Numbered from the stretch's first letter, positions 19,214 through 30,117 are shown. The stretch is DNA of 64,000 nt from Firmicutes bacterium ADurb.Bin300 (GCA_002069015.1 MWBL01000001.1:24967-88966), one strand, 5' to 3'. The notes: generated by a model not told the origin, from the sequence alone. Program-made: numbers and translations.

Positions 19214-20521
19214 GTGTCTTATTATGAAATGAATCGTGAGCAGATGCTTAACGAATATTATACGACAAGGGCGCGCTTTGAGGCTCTTGCTGCCGAGGGT
19301 CTTCAGATTGATATGTCCAGAGGGAAGCCCGGAGCAGACCAACTGCACCTTTCGTCGGGAATACTTGATACCGTGACGGACGAATCGGGATACATAACCG
19401 AAGAGGGGTTTGATTGCAGAAACTACGGAAATCTTACCGGCATTTCCGAGTGCAAGCGTCTTTTTGCGGAGATACTCGGGCTTGACTGCGAGAAGATTAT
19501 TATCGGGGGCAACTCAAGCCTACAGCTGATGTTTGACTATATAACACAGTGTATGACAAAGGGAGTGTCTTCCTGCCCGCCGTGGATGCAGCAGGGGAAG
19601 ATTAAATTTCTTTGCCCCGTTCCCGGGTATGACCGTCATTTTTCCATATGCGAATTCTACTCAATAGAAATGATAAATATTAAAATGAATTCAGACGGAC
19701 CGGATATGGAGCAAATCAAGGAATATATTAAGGATGAGAGCGTCAAGGGAATGTTCTGTATCCCCAAATACTCTAATCCTCAGGGAATAACATATTCGGA
19801 CGAGGTTGTCAGAAGAATAGCCGCGTTGCATCCGGCTGCAAAGGATTTCAGAATTATTTGGGATGACGCTTACTGTGTTCATGATTTTTCCGACAAGCCC
19901 GACAGACTTCTAAACATATTCCCCGAACTCATAAAAAACAAAACGGAGGATATGGTTATTCAGTTTGCATCTACCTCAAAGATGACCTTCCCGGGTGCCG
20001 GGGTCTCCGTAATCGGTGCTTCCTCGAGGAATATTGAGGGAATTTTAAGCAGGCTTTCGGTTCAGATTATAAGCTATGATAAGATTAACCAGCTTCGACA
20101 CGCCCGTTATTTTAAAAATCTTGACGGCTTAAAGGAGCATATGAAGCATCATGCGCAAATACTTAAACCAAAGTTTGAGGTTGTTCTAAATACGCTTGAA
20201 AAGGAGCTTGCAGATAAAAAAATCGCTTCCTGGAATATACCGCGCGGAGGGTATTTCATTAGTCTTGATGTTACGGCGGCGAGTGCGTTAAGAGTCGGCG
20301 GATTATGCAAGGAGGCGGGTCTCAGGCTCACTCCCGTTGGCGCGACGTATCCTTACGGTATCGACCCGTATGACAGAAATATCAGAATAGCGCCCACTTA
20401 TCCGCCGGTTGAGGAGCTGAAGAAGGCTGCCGAGGTTCTTTGCGTATGCGTCAAGCTCGCCTGTATTGAGGCTATACTTAACAAAAACACAAATGACTAC
20501 GGAGGAAAAATCTATGCTTAG
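19214..20521 (+). CDS. PLP-dependent aminotransferase, class I/II fold (possibly aspartate aminotransferase)
   Basis: [12 protein letters not shown] and [11 protein letters not shown] (PLP lysine context). GTG at 19214 lies 8 nt after GGGGAG; ATG at 19229 is the alternative. The aspB-asnS adjacency in B. subtilis is recalled from memory. Confidence 0.75.
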   Translation: MSYYEMNREQMLNEYYTTRARFEALAAEGLQIDMSRGKPGADQLHLSSGILDTVTDESGYITEEGFDCRNYGNLTGISECKRLFAEILGLDCEKIIIGGNSSLQLMFDYITQCMTKGVSSCPPWMQQGKIKFLCPVPGYDRHFSICEFYSIEMINIKMNSDGPDMEQIKEYIKDESVKGMFCIPKYSNPQGITYSDEVVRRIAALHPAAKDFRIIWDDAYCVHDFSDKPDRLLNIFPELIKNKTEDMVIQFASTSKMTFPGAGVSVIGASSRNIEGILSRLSVQIISYDKINQLRHARYFKNLDGLKEHMKHHAQILKPKFEVVLNTLEKELADKKIASWNIPRGGYFISLDVTAASALRVGGLCKEAGLRLTPVGATYPYGIDPYDRNIRIAPTYPPVEELKKAAEVLCVCVKLACIEAILNKNTNDYGGKIYA

Positions 20522-20990
20522 AATAGGACACGGCTATGATGCGCACCGCTTCTGCGAAGGCAGGAGACTGATAATAGGAGGGGTAGATATTCCGTATGAA
20601 ATCGGTTTGTCGGGGCATTCCGATGCCGATGTTCTGCTGCACGCTATTTCAGACAGCTTGCTTGGAGCCGCCGCACTCGGAGATATCGGGAAGCTTTTTC
20701 CCGACACGGACGCCCGGTTTAAGAATATCAGTAGTCTTATTCTGCTTAAAGAGACGAGCGAAACGCTATCGAAAAACGGATACCGCATTATTAACATTGA
20801 CGCTACCATAGTGGTCCAAAATCCTAAAATGAGTCCGTATATCGAAGAAATGCGCCAAAATATCGCGCGGACACTTTCTTGTGATATCGGGTCTATCAGC
20901 ATAAAAGCCACCACCGAGGAGGGCATGGGCTTTACAGGCAGAAGAGAAGGTATATGCGCCCACTCATTTTGTCTGATAGAAAAACAGTAA
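20514..20990 (+). CDS. ispF: 2-C-methyl-D-erythritol 2,4-cyclodiphosphate synthase
   Basis: [13 protein letters not shown]...[12 protein letters not shown]...GDIG. 158 aa from the ATG at 20514. Confidence 0.95.
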   Translation: MLRIGHGYDAHRFCEGRRLIIGGVDIPYEIGLSGHSDADVLLHAISDSLLGAAALGDIGKLFPDTDARFKNISSLILLKETSETLSKNGYRIINIDATIVVQNPKMSPYIEEMRQNIARTLSCDIGSISIKATTEEGMGFTGRREGICAHSFCLIEKQ

Positions 20991-21048
20991 AAGTACAAAC
21001 CTTTTTCCCGATACCCGCATATTATGCTAAAAAAAGCGAGGGTTAATT

Positions 21049-21282
21049 ATGGGGAAAGCTGCTGTTAAGGTCGGCTCGGTAACTTACGCTGCCAAGGGCA
21101 AGGATGTATTGATAAAAAACGGCTATAAAGCTCATATAACCCGCGATCCCTATCCCGAAAAGGGAGAGGGCTGCGGGTATTTGATTTGTGTGGAGGGCGA
21201 TTGCAAAAGTATAGTTGCGCTCCTTAAGAAGAACGGTGTTAAGGTATATGGCGTATCAACTAACGTCATTGATTGTCTGTGA
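21049..21282 (+). CDS. DUF3343-like small protein (putative S/Se carrier-like)
   Basis: 77 aa. Size, beta-alpha pattern and position immediately upstream of a cysteine desulfurase-family gene fit my recollection of DUF3343. Confidence 0.55.
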   Translation: MGKAAVKVGSVTYAAKGKDVLIKNGYKAHITRDPYPEKGEGCGYLICVEGDCKSIVALLKKNGVKVYGVSTNVIDCL

Positions 21283-22415
21283 TTTATCTCGATAACGCAG
21301 CTACCTCATATCCGAAGCCCGCAGAAGTAATAAACGCAATAACAGAAGGAATAACGGTTTACGGAGCGAATCCCGGCAGAAGCGGTCATGATATGTCTTT
21401 AGCGGCAGCGCAAAAGGTGTATGACACAAGAGAAAAGCTGAACGATATGTTTAACGGTTATGGCTCTCTTAACGTGGTTTTCACTTATAACTGCACATAT
21501 GCTTTGAATTTTGCCATCAAAGGAGTTATAGAAAAAGGAGCTCATATTCTCACCTCGTCACTTGAACACAATTCCGTAGTGCGTCCTCTTTCTCAGTTGA
21601 AAATACAGGGAATATGTGACTTTGACATAATAGAGTGTTTAGGAACAGACGAAGAGATAGTTTCGGCGTTTTCAGCCGCCATAACACCGCGGACAAAGCT
21701 TATCGTATGCACTCATGCCTCTAACGTGTTCGGAAGGGTTATGCCTTTGGAAAAACTCGGGGAACTTGCCGAAAAGAGAGGGCTTACGTTTATCGTTGAC
21801 GCGGCACAAAGTGCGGGTGTGCTGGAAATCAATATGCGAAAGATGCATATAAACTGCCTTTGTATGCCCGGACATAAAGGTCTATACGGCTCACAGGGCA
21901 ACGGTATTTTGCTTTTTGATGAAAGCATTAAGAATTCACTCATACAAGGCGGGACGGGTAGTCGTTCTTTTGAAATCGTCCAACCGCAGGACCTTCCCGA
22001 TAAACTTGAGAGCGGAACGCTTAACGTGCCCGGAATTTGTTCCGTTTTTGCAGGCGTTGGGTTCATTAAAAACTTCGGATTGGACAGAATATATGAGTAT
22101 GAATATTCCCTTATGAAAGAGGCATGGGAGGATTTATCAGAAATGAAAAATGTAATACTGTATTCAAGTGACTACAGAATGTTCGAATTTGCTCCGATTT
22201 TGGCTTTCAATATAAAAAACCTTCACAGCGAGCAGGTTGCCGCCGAGCTTAACAGACATCAGGTAGCAGTCAGGGCAGGATACCATTGCGCTATTTTAGC
22301 TCATAAAACCTATGGTACCGAGCAAATGGGGACAGTAAGACTTTCTCCTTCAGTCCATACCGAAAAAAAAGATTTAAATACTGCGATAAATTACATTTCT
22401 AAAATTGCAAAATAA
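21279..22415 (+). CDS. Class V aminotransferase / cysteine desulfurase family protein
   Basis: IYLDNAATSYPKP N-terminus. HKGLYG (PLP lysine context) and SGTLNVPG. GTG at 21279 overlaps the upstream stop (GTGA); TTG at 21273 is the alternative. Confidence 0.85.
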   Translation: MIYLDNAATSYPKPAEVINAITEGITVYGANPGRSGHDMSLAAAQKVYDTREKLNDMFNGYGSLNVVFTYNCTYALNFAIKGVIEKGAHILTSSLEHNSVVRPLSQLKIQGICDFDIIECLGTDEEIVSAFSAAITPRTKLIVCTHASNVFGRVMPLEKLGELAEKRGLTFIVDAAQSAGVLEINMRKMHINCLCMPGHKGLYGSQGNGILLFDESIKNSLIQGGTGSRSFEIVQPQDLPDKLESGTLNVPGICSVFAGVGFIKNFGLDRIYEYEYSLMKEAWEDLSEMKNVILYSSDYRMFEFAPILAFNIKNLHSEQVAAELNRHQVAVRAGYHCAILAHKTYGTEQMGTVRLSPSVHTEKKDLNTAINYISKIAK

Positions 22416-22436
22416 ATTTATTTGTGTTATACTTTG

Positions 22437-22465
22437 TTGAAATTGTTTTATATATAATTTATACT
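22437..22465 (+). promoter_or_regulatory. Sigma-A-like promoter upstream of cdaA
   Basis: TTGAAA, 17 nt, TATACT. Confidence 0.35.
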
Positions 22466-22524
22466 AAACATAGGTAAAGGCGGGACCTTAAAATTCGAAA
22501 ATACCGGAGAAGCGGTGAAAAAAG

Positions 22525-23427
22525 ATGGAGATGTTTACCAACCTAATACGTGAAATAGGTAAAGCTATAATGAGCTTTGATTTCTTATCGGATATTCTTG
22601 ACGTTATCCTTGTCACTATTCTGATTTATCACTCAATAAAGCTTCTCAGAGGAACACGCGCGTTTTTGATTTTGAAGGCAATTTTTATTGTTGGTATCGT
22701 CTATCTATTCGTTTCTCTGCTTAATATGCAGGCAAGTGAATATTTATTAAAGCTGCTGTTTGACAATTCCATTATTATTTTCTTAATTCTTTTCAGCCCC
22801 GAGCTGCGTCAGATGTTCGAAAATGTGGGAAGGCGTTCAATTAAAAACATTTCATTTTTATCATTTAAATCTGATACCGATATGTCAACTTCTATGCTTT
22901 CAACGATTAACGATGTATGCAAGGTCAGCTCCTCTATGAGCAGGAAGCAATGCGGCGGTCTGATTGTGTTTGAAAAGGAGGTCCCATTGGGAGATATAAT
23001 TTCCACGGGAACAAAAATCGATGCAGCGTCTTCATCAGAGCTTATAAGCAGCATATTCTTCAAGAATTCGGCACTTCATGACGGGGCTTTAATTATTAGA
23101 GATGCAAGACTCTATGCCGCCGGGTGTATCCTGCCCCTTACCGAAAATGATACGGTTGACAGCGATTTGGGAACGCGTCACCGCGCTGCATTGGGAATGA
23201 GCGAGGTTAGCGATGCGGCGGTAGTAGTAGTTTCCGAGGAAAACGGAATGATATCTCTTGCCTGTAAGGGAGAACTCAGGAGAGGTGTTTCCACCGGTGA
23301 TTTAAGAGAATTTTTGACTGGATACCTTATTAAAACCGATAATAATACTTCAAACGCGACTATAAACGGACGAGCAAAAAGCAGGGTACGCAACACAAAA
23401 AAAGAAAATAAGGAGGGAAAGCGATGA
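22525..23427 (+). CDS. cdaA: Diadenylate cyclase CdaA
   Basis: Three N-terminal TM segments. DAC domain motifs LHDGALII, GTRHRAA and VVVVSEENG. Confidence 0.9.
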   Translation: MEMFTNLIREIGKAIMSFDFLSDILDVILVTILIYHSIKLLRGTRAFLILKAIFIVGIVYLFVSLLNMQASEYLLKLLFDNSIIIFLILFSPELRQMFENVGRRSIKNISFLSFKSDTDMSTSMLSTINDVCKVSSSMSRKQCGGLIVFEKEVPLGDIISTGTKIDAASSSELISSIFFKNSALHDGALIIRDARLYAAGCILPLTENDTVDSDLGTRHRAALGMSEVSDAAVVVVSEENGMISLACKGELRRGVSTGDLREFLTGYLIKTDNNTSNATINGRAKSRVRNTKKENKEGKR

Positions 23428-24707
23428 AAACCGGAAGATTTTCTTTAAACAGGTTATTTAATAATGATAGATTCGTCCTTATTTTCTCAATTATTACGGC
23501 GATAATTGTTTGGACTCTTGTCGCAATAAATGTAAGTCCCGAAACCGAAAGAGTCGTGCCAAATGTTAAGGTTACGATTGAAACAAAAAACAGCGTCCCC
23601 ACACAGCTTGGTCTAAAGGTTTTCGGAGAAACGGATTTTTATGTCGATGTAACGGTTGTAGGGAAAAAATACCTTGTATCCCAAAGCGCTCTCTCGGCTG
23701 AGGATATTATTGTTTCGGCTATTACGGAGGATGTAACTACGGCGGGTATTCACAGGTTAGACCTTAAAGCAACCTCAACGAGCGGTAATGATTTTGAAAT
23801 AGTCGGGCTTTCAAAGTCGACGGTTGAGGTGTATTTTGATATTGAAAAATCTCAGGAATTTTCCATAACGCCGGACATTGTTAAGCAGGGCGATTTTGAG
23901 CTTACTGAAAAAGAATTTAAGATCGGAACGCCGCTTCTGTCCGTAAGTACTATTACGATTAACGGTCCTGCCACCGAAATTTCCAGAATAGCCTCTGTCA
24001 TAGCCAGGGCAACCCTTGGCAGCACACTTCTCAGTACCACGACTCTTGTTTCCGAGCTTCATATTCTTGACGAAAACAACATAGAGAGCTTCAAATACCT
24101 TTCGGCTAATTTAACGGGAGATATTTCAATGACGGTGCCTGTATACGGAGTCAAGACCTTGCCTGTAGAGGTTATCTTCAAAAATGCAACAAGCTATTAT
24201 CTTTCTAATCCTCTTAAGTACACGGCAACTCCCGCAAGTGATAAGTTTGATGTTTCGGTAGAAGAATACGAATCTATAAAAACCGCCATTGTCGGTTCTA
24301 TAGATTTTAAGGATATTTCGATAGATAAAAATAAATTTTCGTTTCCTGCCGATAACCTTACTGATATTGCCTACAGCGGTATAAATGGTAGGTCGTTTGA
24401 TATTGTGATAGATATGTCGAATATGGAGCAGCGCACTTTTACATTGCCTGTAAAAAACATAAAAATCATCAATAATATAAACGATAATCCCGTTACGATA
24501 GAGGGTAAAAAGATTTTCGCAACTATTGTAGGACCGGCAGAAACAATTGAACTGCTGAAGGCTGACAGTATTTTTGCGGAAGTCGATTTAAAGTCGCAGG
24601 AGCTTGAGACCGGGACCCATTCATTTGAGGCAAGAGTATACACAAGCAATACAACATGCTGGGCATATGGCAGATATACCTGCGAAATCAGCTATACGGC
24701 AGATTAA
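23424..24707 (+). CDS. cdaR: CdaA regulatory protein CdaR (YbbR-domain protein)
   Basis: N-terminal TM followed by repeated YbbR-like beta modules. Overlaps the cdaA stop, the conserved operon position. Confidence 0.8.
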   Translation: MKTGRFSLNRLFNNDRFVLIFSIITAIIVWTLVAINVSPETERVVPNVKVTIETKNSVPTQLGLKVFGETDFYVDVTVVGKKYLVSQSALSAEDIIVSAITEDVTTAGIHRLDLKATSTSGNDFEIVGLSKSTVEVYFDIEKSQEFSITPDIVKQGDFELTEKEFKIGTPLLSVSTITINGPATEISRIASVIARATLGSTLLSTTTLVSELHILDENNIESFKYLSANLTGDISMTVPVYGVKTLPVEVIFKNATSYYLSNPLKYTATPASDKFDVSVEEYESIKTAIVGSIDFKDISIDKNKFSFPADNLTDIAYSGINGRSFDIVIDMSNMEQRTFTLPVKNIKIINNINDNPVTIEGKKIFATIVGPAETIELLKADSIFAEVDLKSQELETGTHSFEARVYTSNTTCWAYGRYTCEISYTAD

Positions 24708-24739
24708 ATATAATGAGAATTATGAAAGGGGGCAATTGC

Positions 24740-26098
24740 TTGAATACCAAAAAAACGGCATTCGTTATTACATTGATAATTATTGTCGGGTCTTTATCGA
24801 GCTGCTCCTTTTTATCGGGCAATCCAATGAATAAAATCGTCAGACCCCCGAGGCTTGAAGGTGAAAAACAGGCTCTGCAGCTTGCTTTTGAGGAAAGCGT
24901 AGGGAATAATGTGTTACTCAAGTCTCCGGCAAAAGGCAAATTTCTGTCTTCTTTTGTGACATATGATGTCGATGGTGACGAGGAAGAAGAAGCTTTTGTG
25001 TTTTATGTTGACCCTGCTGCCGACGCTTCCGTGAGAGTTAACATCCTTGATAAAATGAAGGGAGATTGGACGAGTGTTGCCGACCTTAAAGGCTCCGGCA
25101 GCTCAGTATACGAAATCGAGTTTGAAGACGTAAATCTTGACGGCAACTCGGAAATAATTATTTCCTGGTCTTTGTTTGATAATAAGACAACCAGGATTGT
25201 GAGCGTCATTGATTTTACGGTATCAGATACCGGCACTCTCACCTTCACGGCAAGGGCAAACGAGTATTTTACATACAAAGAGCTTATTGATTTTGATTTG
25301 AACGGATACTATGAGCTGTGTGTTCTCCATATTGATAACACCACAGAGGTTTTGCAGCCTTATTTGAAAGTATTTGAGTTTACTGAAAATAATTCCGTTA
25401 AACTCATTTCAGAGCTGCTTCTTGACCCGAACACGGCTGCCGTTTCAAAGACTCGTAAAGATATTATATCTTCCGACGGGAATGACACAGCAAGGTTATT
25501 TATTGACCTGTTAAGGAGTGATTTCGGGCTTTTTACCGAGGTTGTAGTCTGGTCAAAAAAGGACAGTAAGCTTATCAGAATGCTTAAAAACCCGGCAAAT
25601 GATACCTTTCGAGAGATTTCCCTGAATACGAGCGATATCGATGGAGACGGGTTATATGAAATTCCTGTTATAGCAGAGCTTGCGGGCTCATTACAAAAAA
25701 AGCTTTTGTCGGGAAGCGAGGAGACTAACGACGCCTCATATATCCACCTTATACGCTGGGTTTCGCTTAAAGGGGCACAGTTAAAGAATAAGAAGTTAAC
25801 TATTTATAATCCGGAAGCGTTATATCTGTTCGGTTATAATTGGAAAACAAATAATGTTACTGTAAGATATGACCAAGAATCAAAAGATGTAATTTTTTCC
25901 AAATGGAATTTAAAAACGAAAAAATACGGGGACGATTTATTTGCATTAAACTACAGCTCCGATGTTACTAAGGTCTTAAAGGGGTATACCCTTGCGGCGA
26001 GCGGCGAGAACGGAAATTACTGGTGTAAAATATATCCCGCAGGCAGTTCATACGGAATTACGGCAGATTATATATCAGAAAATATAATACCAATATAA
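24740..26098 (+). CDS. Lipoprotein with FG-GAP/VCBS-like Asp-rich repeats
   Basis: TTG at 24740 lies 7 nt after AAAGGGGG and gives MNTKKTAFVITLIIIVGSLSSC (lipobox LSSC). Repeated DxDxDG-like motifs: DVDGDEEEE, DVNLDGNSE, DFDLNGYYE, DIDGDGLYE. Confidence 0.7.
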   Translation: MNTKKTAFVITLIIIVGSLSSCSFLSGNPMNKIVRPPRLEGEKQALQLAFEESVGNNVLLKSPAKGKFLSSFVTYDVDGDEEEEAFVFYVDPAADASVRVNILDKMKGDWTSVADLKGSGSSVYEIEFEDVNLDGNSEIIISWSLFDNKTTRIVSVIDFTVSDTGTLTFTARANEYFTYKELIDFDLNGYYELCVLHIDNTTEVLQPYLKVFEFTENNSVKLISELLLDPNTAAVSKTRKDIISSDGNDTARLFIDLLRSDFGLFTEVVVWSKKDSKLIRMLKNPANDTFREISLNTSDIDGDGLYEIPVIAELAGSLQKKLLSGSEETNDASYIHLIRWVSLKGAQLKNKKLTIYNPEALYLFGYNWKTNNVTVRYDQESKDVIFSKWNLKTKKYGDDLFALNYSSDVTKVLKGYTLAASGENGNYWCKIYPAGSSYGITADYISENIIPI

Positions 26099-26109
26099 AG
26101 GAGGTCATT

Positions 26110-26811
26110 ATGAAGAATGTACTTGTTGCGGAAGACGAGGCTTCCATTAGAGAGATAATCGCGATTACACTCGTAAGGGGCGGTTATAATGTTGTAGAGG
26201 CTGCAGACGGGAAGCAGGCTCTGGACGAATACTACAGCAAGGGCGGTCATTTTGATGTAGTACTTCTTGACATAATGATGCCTGTTTTGGATGGCCTTGA
26301 GGTCTGTAAGAAGCTGCGTCAAAACAGCAGTAATGTTGGCATTATAATTCTTACGGCAAAGACTCAGGAGATGGATAAGGTCTCGGGGCTTTTAATGGGA
26401 GCCGACGATTATATTACAAAGCCCTTTTCTCCCTCGGAGCTTATGGCGAGGGTAGACGCCGTCTACAGGCGCGTTTCTATGAATAAAGGTTCCGGGGAGA
26501 ACGAAAACGGGGATATTATTGAGTTGGGGCAGTTTGAGTTAAATTTGCGCAATAGAACGCTTTCGAAAAACGGTACTCAAATTGAACTGACTCAGGTAGA
26601 GTTTCAAATAATAGAGTACTTCTTTACAAATCCCGGAAAGCCTCTTGAAAGGAACAAAATTCTTGAAAATGTCTGGGGCGCTTCATATTACGGAGATGAA
26701 AAAGTCGTAGATGTAAACATAAGAAGACTGAGAATGAAGGTGGAGGAAGAACCCTCCGTCCCCAAGCACTTAACTACAATTTGGGGATACGGTTACAAAT
26801 GGGTTGAATAA
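26110..26811 (+). CDS. OmpR/PhoB-family response regulator
   Basis: Receiver domain (VLLDIMMP, TAKT, DDYITKPF) plus a winged-helix C-terminus (YGYKW). Confidence 0.9.
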   Translation: MKNVLVAEDEASIREIIAITLVRGGYNVVEAADGKQALDEYYSKGGHFDVVLLDIMMPVLDGLEVCKKLRQNSSNVGIIILTAKTQEMDKVSGLLMGADDYITKPFSPSELMARVDAVYRRVSMNKGSGENENGDIIELGQFELNLRNRTLSKNGTQIELTQVEFQIIEYFFTNPGKPLERNKILENVWGASYYGDEKVVDVNIRRLRMKVEEEPSVPKHLTTIWGYGYKWVE

Positions 26812-26838
26812 AAGGAAAGTTAAACGGAGGCGGATAAA

Positions 26839-28290
26839 ATGAAGCTGCGCGGTATATCAAAACGATGGGTGCTTAATTCACTTGTCATTACCGCTCTTTT
26901 GTTTTTGCTTCTTGCTGCGATTATTTTAAGTGTAACAAGGGCTTATTATAATAATTACGTTTATAATTTCCTTGTAAGCAATGCCAACGATAATGTATCT
27001 GCATTCTTCAGACCGTATTTAAGCGGCACGGAGGACTCCTTTAAATCGGCGGCAAAACAGTTTATTGAGAATTTTGAAAACAAGGGCCATATCGATGTTT
27101 GGGTTTTTGATAAATACGGAAATGTTATAGCAACTACAACAGGTTTTCCTGTAGAACTTACTGCGTTTGATTTGTCAGATATGACTCAGGCAACGAAGTC
27201 CGATACCGGCATAGCGCATTGGACGGGCAGAAATTCAAACGGCGAGTCTATTATGTCAGTTTCGATGGTTTTCCCTGGCAGCGACAGTACCTTTAAGGGA
27301 GGGGTTCGCTTCATTTCTTCGCTTGAAGAAGTAAACAGGAGGCTGATTGTAACCTCACTCATTATCATTCTTGCGCTTATCGTTTCGCTGTTGCTTGTTT
27401 ATTTATCGGGTATGTTTTTTATTCAGTCTATTGTGCGCCCTGTTCAAAGGATAAGCGAAATTGCTTCCCGTATAGCAAAGGGAGATATGAATGTCGAAAT
27501 TGAGGCAAAAGGCGACGATGAAATCGGAGAGCTCTCTTCTGCAATTAATAATATGATAAAAGAGCTTAAGGCGTCCGAAAAGCTGAAAAACGATTTTATT
27601 TCAACAGTATCTCATGAGCTTCGCACACCGCTTACGGCAATTAAGGGCTGGGGTGAAACCCTTCTTGATATTTCTGATAACGATAAGGAGCTTACAAAGC
27701 GCGGTATTTCGGTAATTATTCGGGAGTCGGACAGGCTCTCGCAGCTATTAGAGGAGCTGCTTGATTTCTCGCGTATGCAGACGGGTTCATTATCCTTAAG
27801 GTTTGAAAAAATGGACGTTCTTGCCGAGCTTGACGAAGCTGTTTATGTCTTTAAAGAGCGTGCAAAACGCGAGGGGATGGAGCTCAATTATGCCGTTACC
27901 GATTTGCCTTCGCCTATAAACGGTGACCCTGACAGAATAAAGCAGGTGTTTGTGAATATTCTTGACAACGCCATTAAGTATTCGAGTCAAGGAGGAATAA
28001 TCAATGTATCTGCGGACGTTAACGGGAATTTGCTGTCGGTTTGTGTTTCCGATAACGGCTGTGGAATAGCTCCCGAGGATTTGCCCAGAGTAACGGAGAA
28101 ATTTTTTAAGGCAAATATTTCTGTAAGGGGCTCGGGGATAGGGCTTGCCGTCTGTGATGAGATTATCAGGAGGCACGGCGGTACAATCACATTTGAAAGC
28201 GAGCTTGGCTCCGGCACATCAGTTACAGTAACATTACCGATTTTACCCGCGGCATATACAGCAGAGGAAAGGTCTCAACCAAATGAGTAA
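26839..28290 (+). CDS. Sensor histidine kinase (two TM, HAMP, HisKA, HATPase_c)
   Basis: H-box SHELRTPLTAIKGW, N-box NILDNAIKYS, G-boxes DNGCGI and GSGIGLA. Confidence 0.9.
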   Translation: MKLRGISKRWVLNSLVITALLFLLLAAIILSVTRAYYNNYVYNFLVSNANDNVSAFFRPYLSGTEDSFKSAAKQFIENFENKGHIDVWVFDKYGNVIATTTGFPVELTAFDLSDMTQATKSDTGIAHWTGRNSNGESIMSVSMVFPGSDSTFKGGVRFISSLEEVNRRLIVTSLIIILALIVSLLLVYLSGMFFIQSIVRPVQRISEIASRIAKGDMNVEIEAKGDDEIGELSSAINNMIKELKASEKLKNDFISTVSHELRTPLTAIKGWGETLLDISDNDKELTKRGISVIIRESDRLSQLLEELLDFSRMQTGSLSLRFEKMDVLAELDEAVYVFKERAKREGMELNYAVTDLPSPINGDPDRIKQVFVNILDNAIKYSSQGGIINVSADVNGNLLSVCVSDNGCGIAPEDLPRVTEKFFKANISVRGSGIGLAVCDEIIRRHGGTITFESELGSGTSVTVTLPILPAAYTAEERSQPNE

Positions 28291-29269
28291 TAAAAAGAAC
28301 AAAGCACAGGGGCATAAAACATCTGTCGGAGGACAAGCGCTTATTGAGGGTATTATGATGCAAGGACCCAAGGGGGCATATATGTCGGTGCGCCTTCCCG
28401 ACGGTACTATCGAAACCGAAAAGCAGGAGTTCAGAAGGCTTAAGGACCGCGTTAAGGTTGCCGGTTATCCTCTTATAAGAGGAGTCGTTAATTATGTCGA
28501 ATCTATGATTTTCGGCTTTAAGTGTATGACCAAGTCGGCAGAAAAGGCCGGTTTTGAAGGGGAAGCCGACAAAGAAAAAATGTCAAAAACAGATAAATGG
28601 ATTTCTGATCATTTGGGCAAAAATATGATGAAAGTCATTACGGCTGTTTCGGCTTTTCTCGGGTTTACGCTCGCTTTCCTTATGTTTTTCTATCTCCCCT
28701 CGCTGATTGTCGACCTTGCAGACAAATATCTGCTGGGCGGTTTTATAGAAAAATTCCACCCGTTGTTTGAGGGTGTCATACGAATGGCAATTTTTGTTTT
28801 GTATATTTATGCCGTATCAAGAATACCGGAAATAAAAAAGGTGTTTATGTATCACGGGGCAGAGCATAAGTCGATAACATGCTATGAAAAAGGTATTGAG
28901 TTGACTTGTGAAAATGTAAGGGGTCAATCTCGTTTTCACCCGCGCTGCGGCACAAGCTTCATTTTTGTCATGCTGATAATCAGTGTGCTGGTTTCGTCTT
29001 CAATTACATTGGTTTTTGAGAATATTGACGATAACCGTTTAATCTGGACCGGCATAAAGCTGTTAATTCTCCCCGTTATTATGGGATTGGGTTACGAGTT
29101 TATAAGGTATGCGGGGAAGCATGGAAATATATTAACAAGGATCTTTTCCGCCCCGGGACTTTGGATGCAAAGACTTACAACAAGCGAACCTTCTGACGAT
29201 ATTATCGAGGTTGGTATTGAAGCCTTGAAGGCCGTTATTACAGAAAATCCGGAGGATGATGCAATTTGA
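28283..29269 (+). CDS. DUF1385 (YqhQ-like) membrane protein
   Basis: GGQALIEGIMM and YHGAEHK motifs. Conserved position upstream of prmC. Confidence 0.8.
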   Translation: MSNKKNKAQGHKTSVGGQALIEGIMMQGPKGAYMSVRLPDGTIETEKQEFRRLKDRVKVAGYPLIRGVVNYVESMIFGFKCMTKSAEKAGFEGEADKEKMSKTDKWISDHLGKNMMKVITAVSAFLGFTLAFLMFFYLPSLIVDLADKYLLGGFIEKFHPLFEGVIRMAIFVLYIYAVSRIPEIKKVFMYHGAEHKSITCYEKGIELTCENVRGQSRFHPRCGTSFIFVMLIISVLVSSSITLVFENIDDNRLIWTGIKLLILPVIMGLGYEFIRYAGKHGNILTRIFSAPGLWMQRLTTSEPSDDIIEVGIEALKAVITENPEDDAI

Positions 29270-30108
29270 ACGCCTATTCCGCGTACCGCGATACCGTAAA
29301 AAAGCTTCTTGACAGCGGTTGTGAAAATGCCGAGTTTGAAGCAAGACAGCTTGTTGAATTTTGTTTTTCCTTAAATGAGACTCAGCTTCTCATGAAAAAC
29401 AGAGAAAATGTTGACGGGCTTAAGTTGAAAAGGTTTAACGACTGTGTTGAGCGAAGAAGCTTAGGCGAGCCGCTTCAATACATACTTGGGGAGTGGGACT
29501 TTTTTGCTCTTAAGTTTAAGGTCGGCAAAGGCGTTCTTATTCCGAGACCAGAGACGGAAATTTTACCGCGCCTTGCTATTGATCAGCTTAAAAAAACGGG
29601 CGGCAAGGTGGTTTATGACCTTTGCAGCGGAAGCGGCTGCGTCGGGATAAGCATTGCGAAGTTCTTCCCTAATTGCCGTGTGTATTTATTTGAGATTTCT
29701 GATGAAGCTAATTACTATGCAAGGCAAAATATAAAGCTTCACAATCTTTTTAACGTTGAGCTTATTCAAGGCGATGTCAAAAAGGGCTCTAAATATTTCG
29801 GATTGCCCAACCCGGATGTTATTGTGACAAATCCTCCGTATGTACCCACTTACGACATAGAATCCCTTCAACGCGAGATTTCTTTTGAGCCTAAAATCGC
29901 TCTTGACGGGGGCATAGACGGACTTGATTTTTACAATGTCATCTCAGCCTCGTGGTTCGGTTGTCTTAATCCGGGCGGTATTCTTGCAATGGAATGCGGA
30001 GAAAATCAGATAAGAGGAGTTCTAAGCTTTTTCCTGAATATTTCCACCGGCGGTAAAATAATTAAGGATGAAAACGGGATAGACAGAGTTATAATGCTGA
30101 AAAAATAG
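29266..30108 (+). CDS. prmC: Peptide chain release factor N5-glutamine methyltransferase
   Basis: SAM motif DLCSGSGCVG and catalytic NPPY. Confidence 0.9.
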   Translation: MNAYSAYRDTVKKLLDSGCENAEFEARQLVEFCFSLNETQLLMKNRENVDGLKLKRFNDCVERRSLGEPLQYILGEWDFFALKFKVGKGVLIPRPETEILPRLAIDQLKKTGGKVVYDLCSGSGCVGISIAKFFPNCRVYLFEISDEANYYARQNIKLHNLFNVELIQGDVKKGSKYFGLPNPDVIVTNPPYVPTYDIESLQREISFEPKIALDGGIDGLDFYNVISASWFGCLNPGGILAMECGENQIRGVLSFFLNISTGGKIIKDENGIDRVIMLKK

Positions 30109-30117
30109 GAGACTGAA

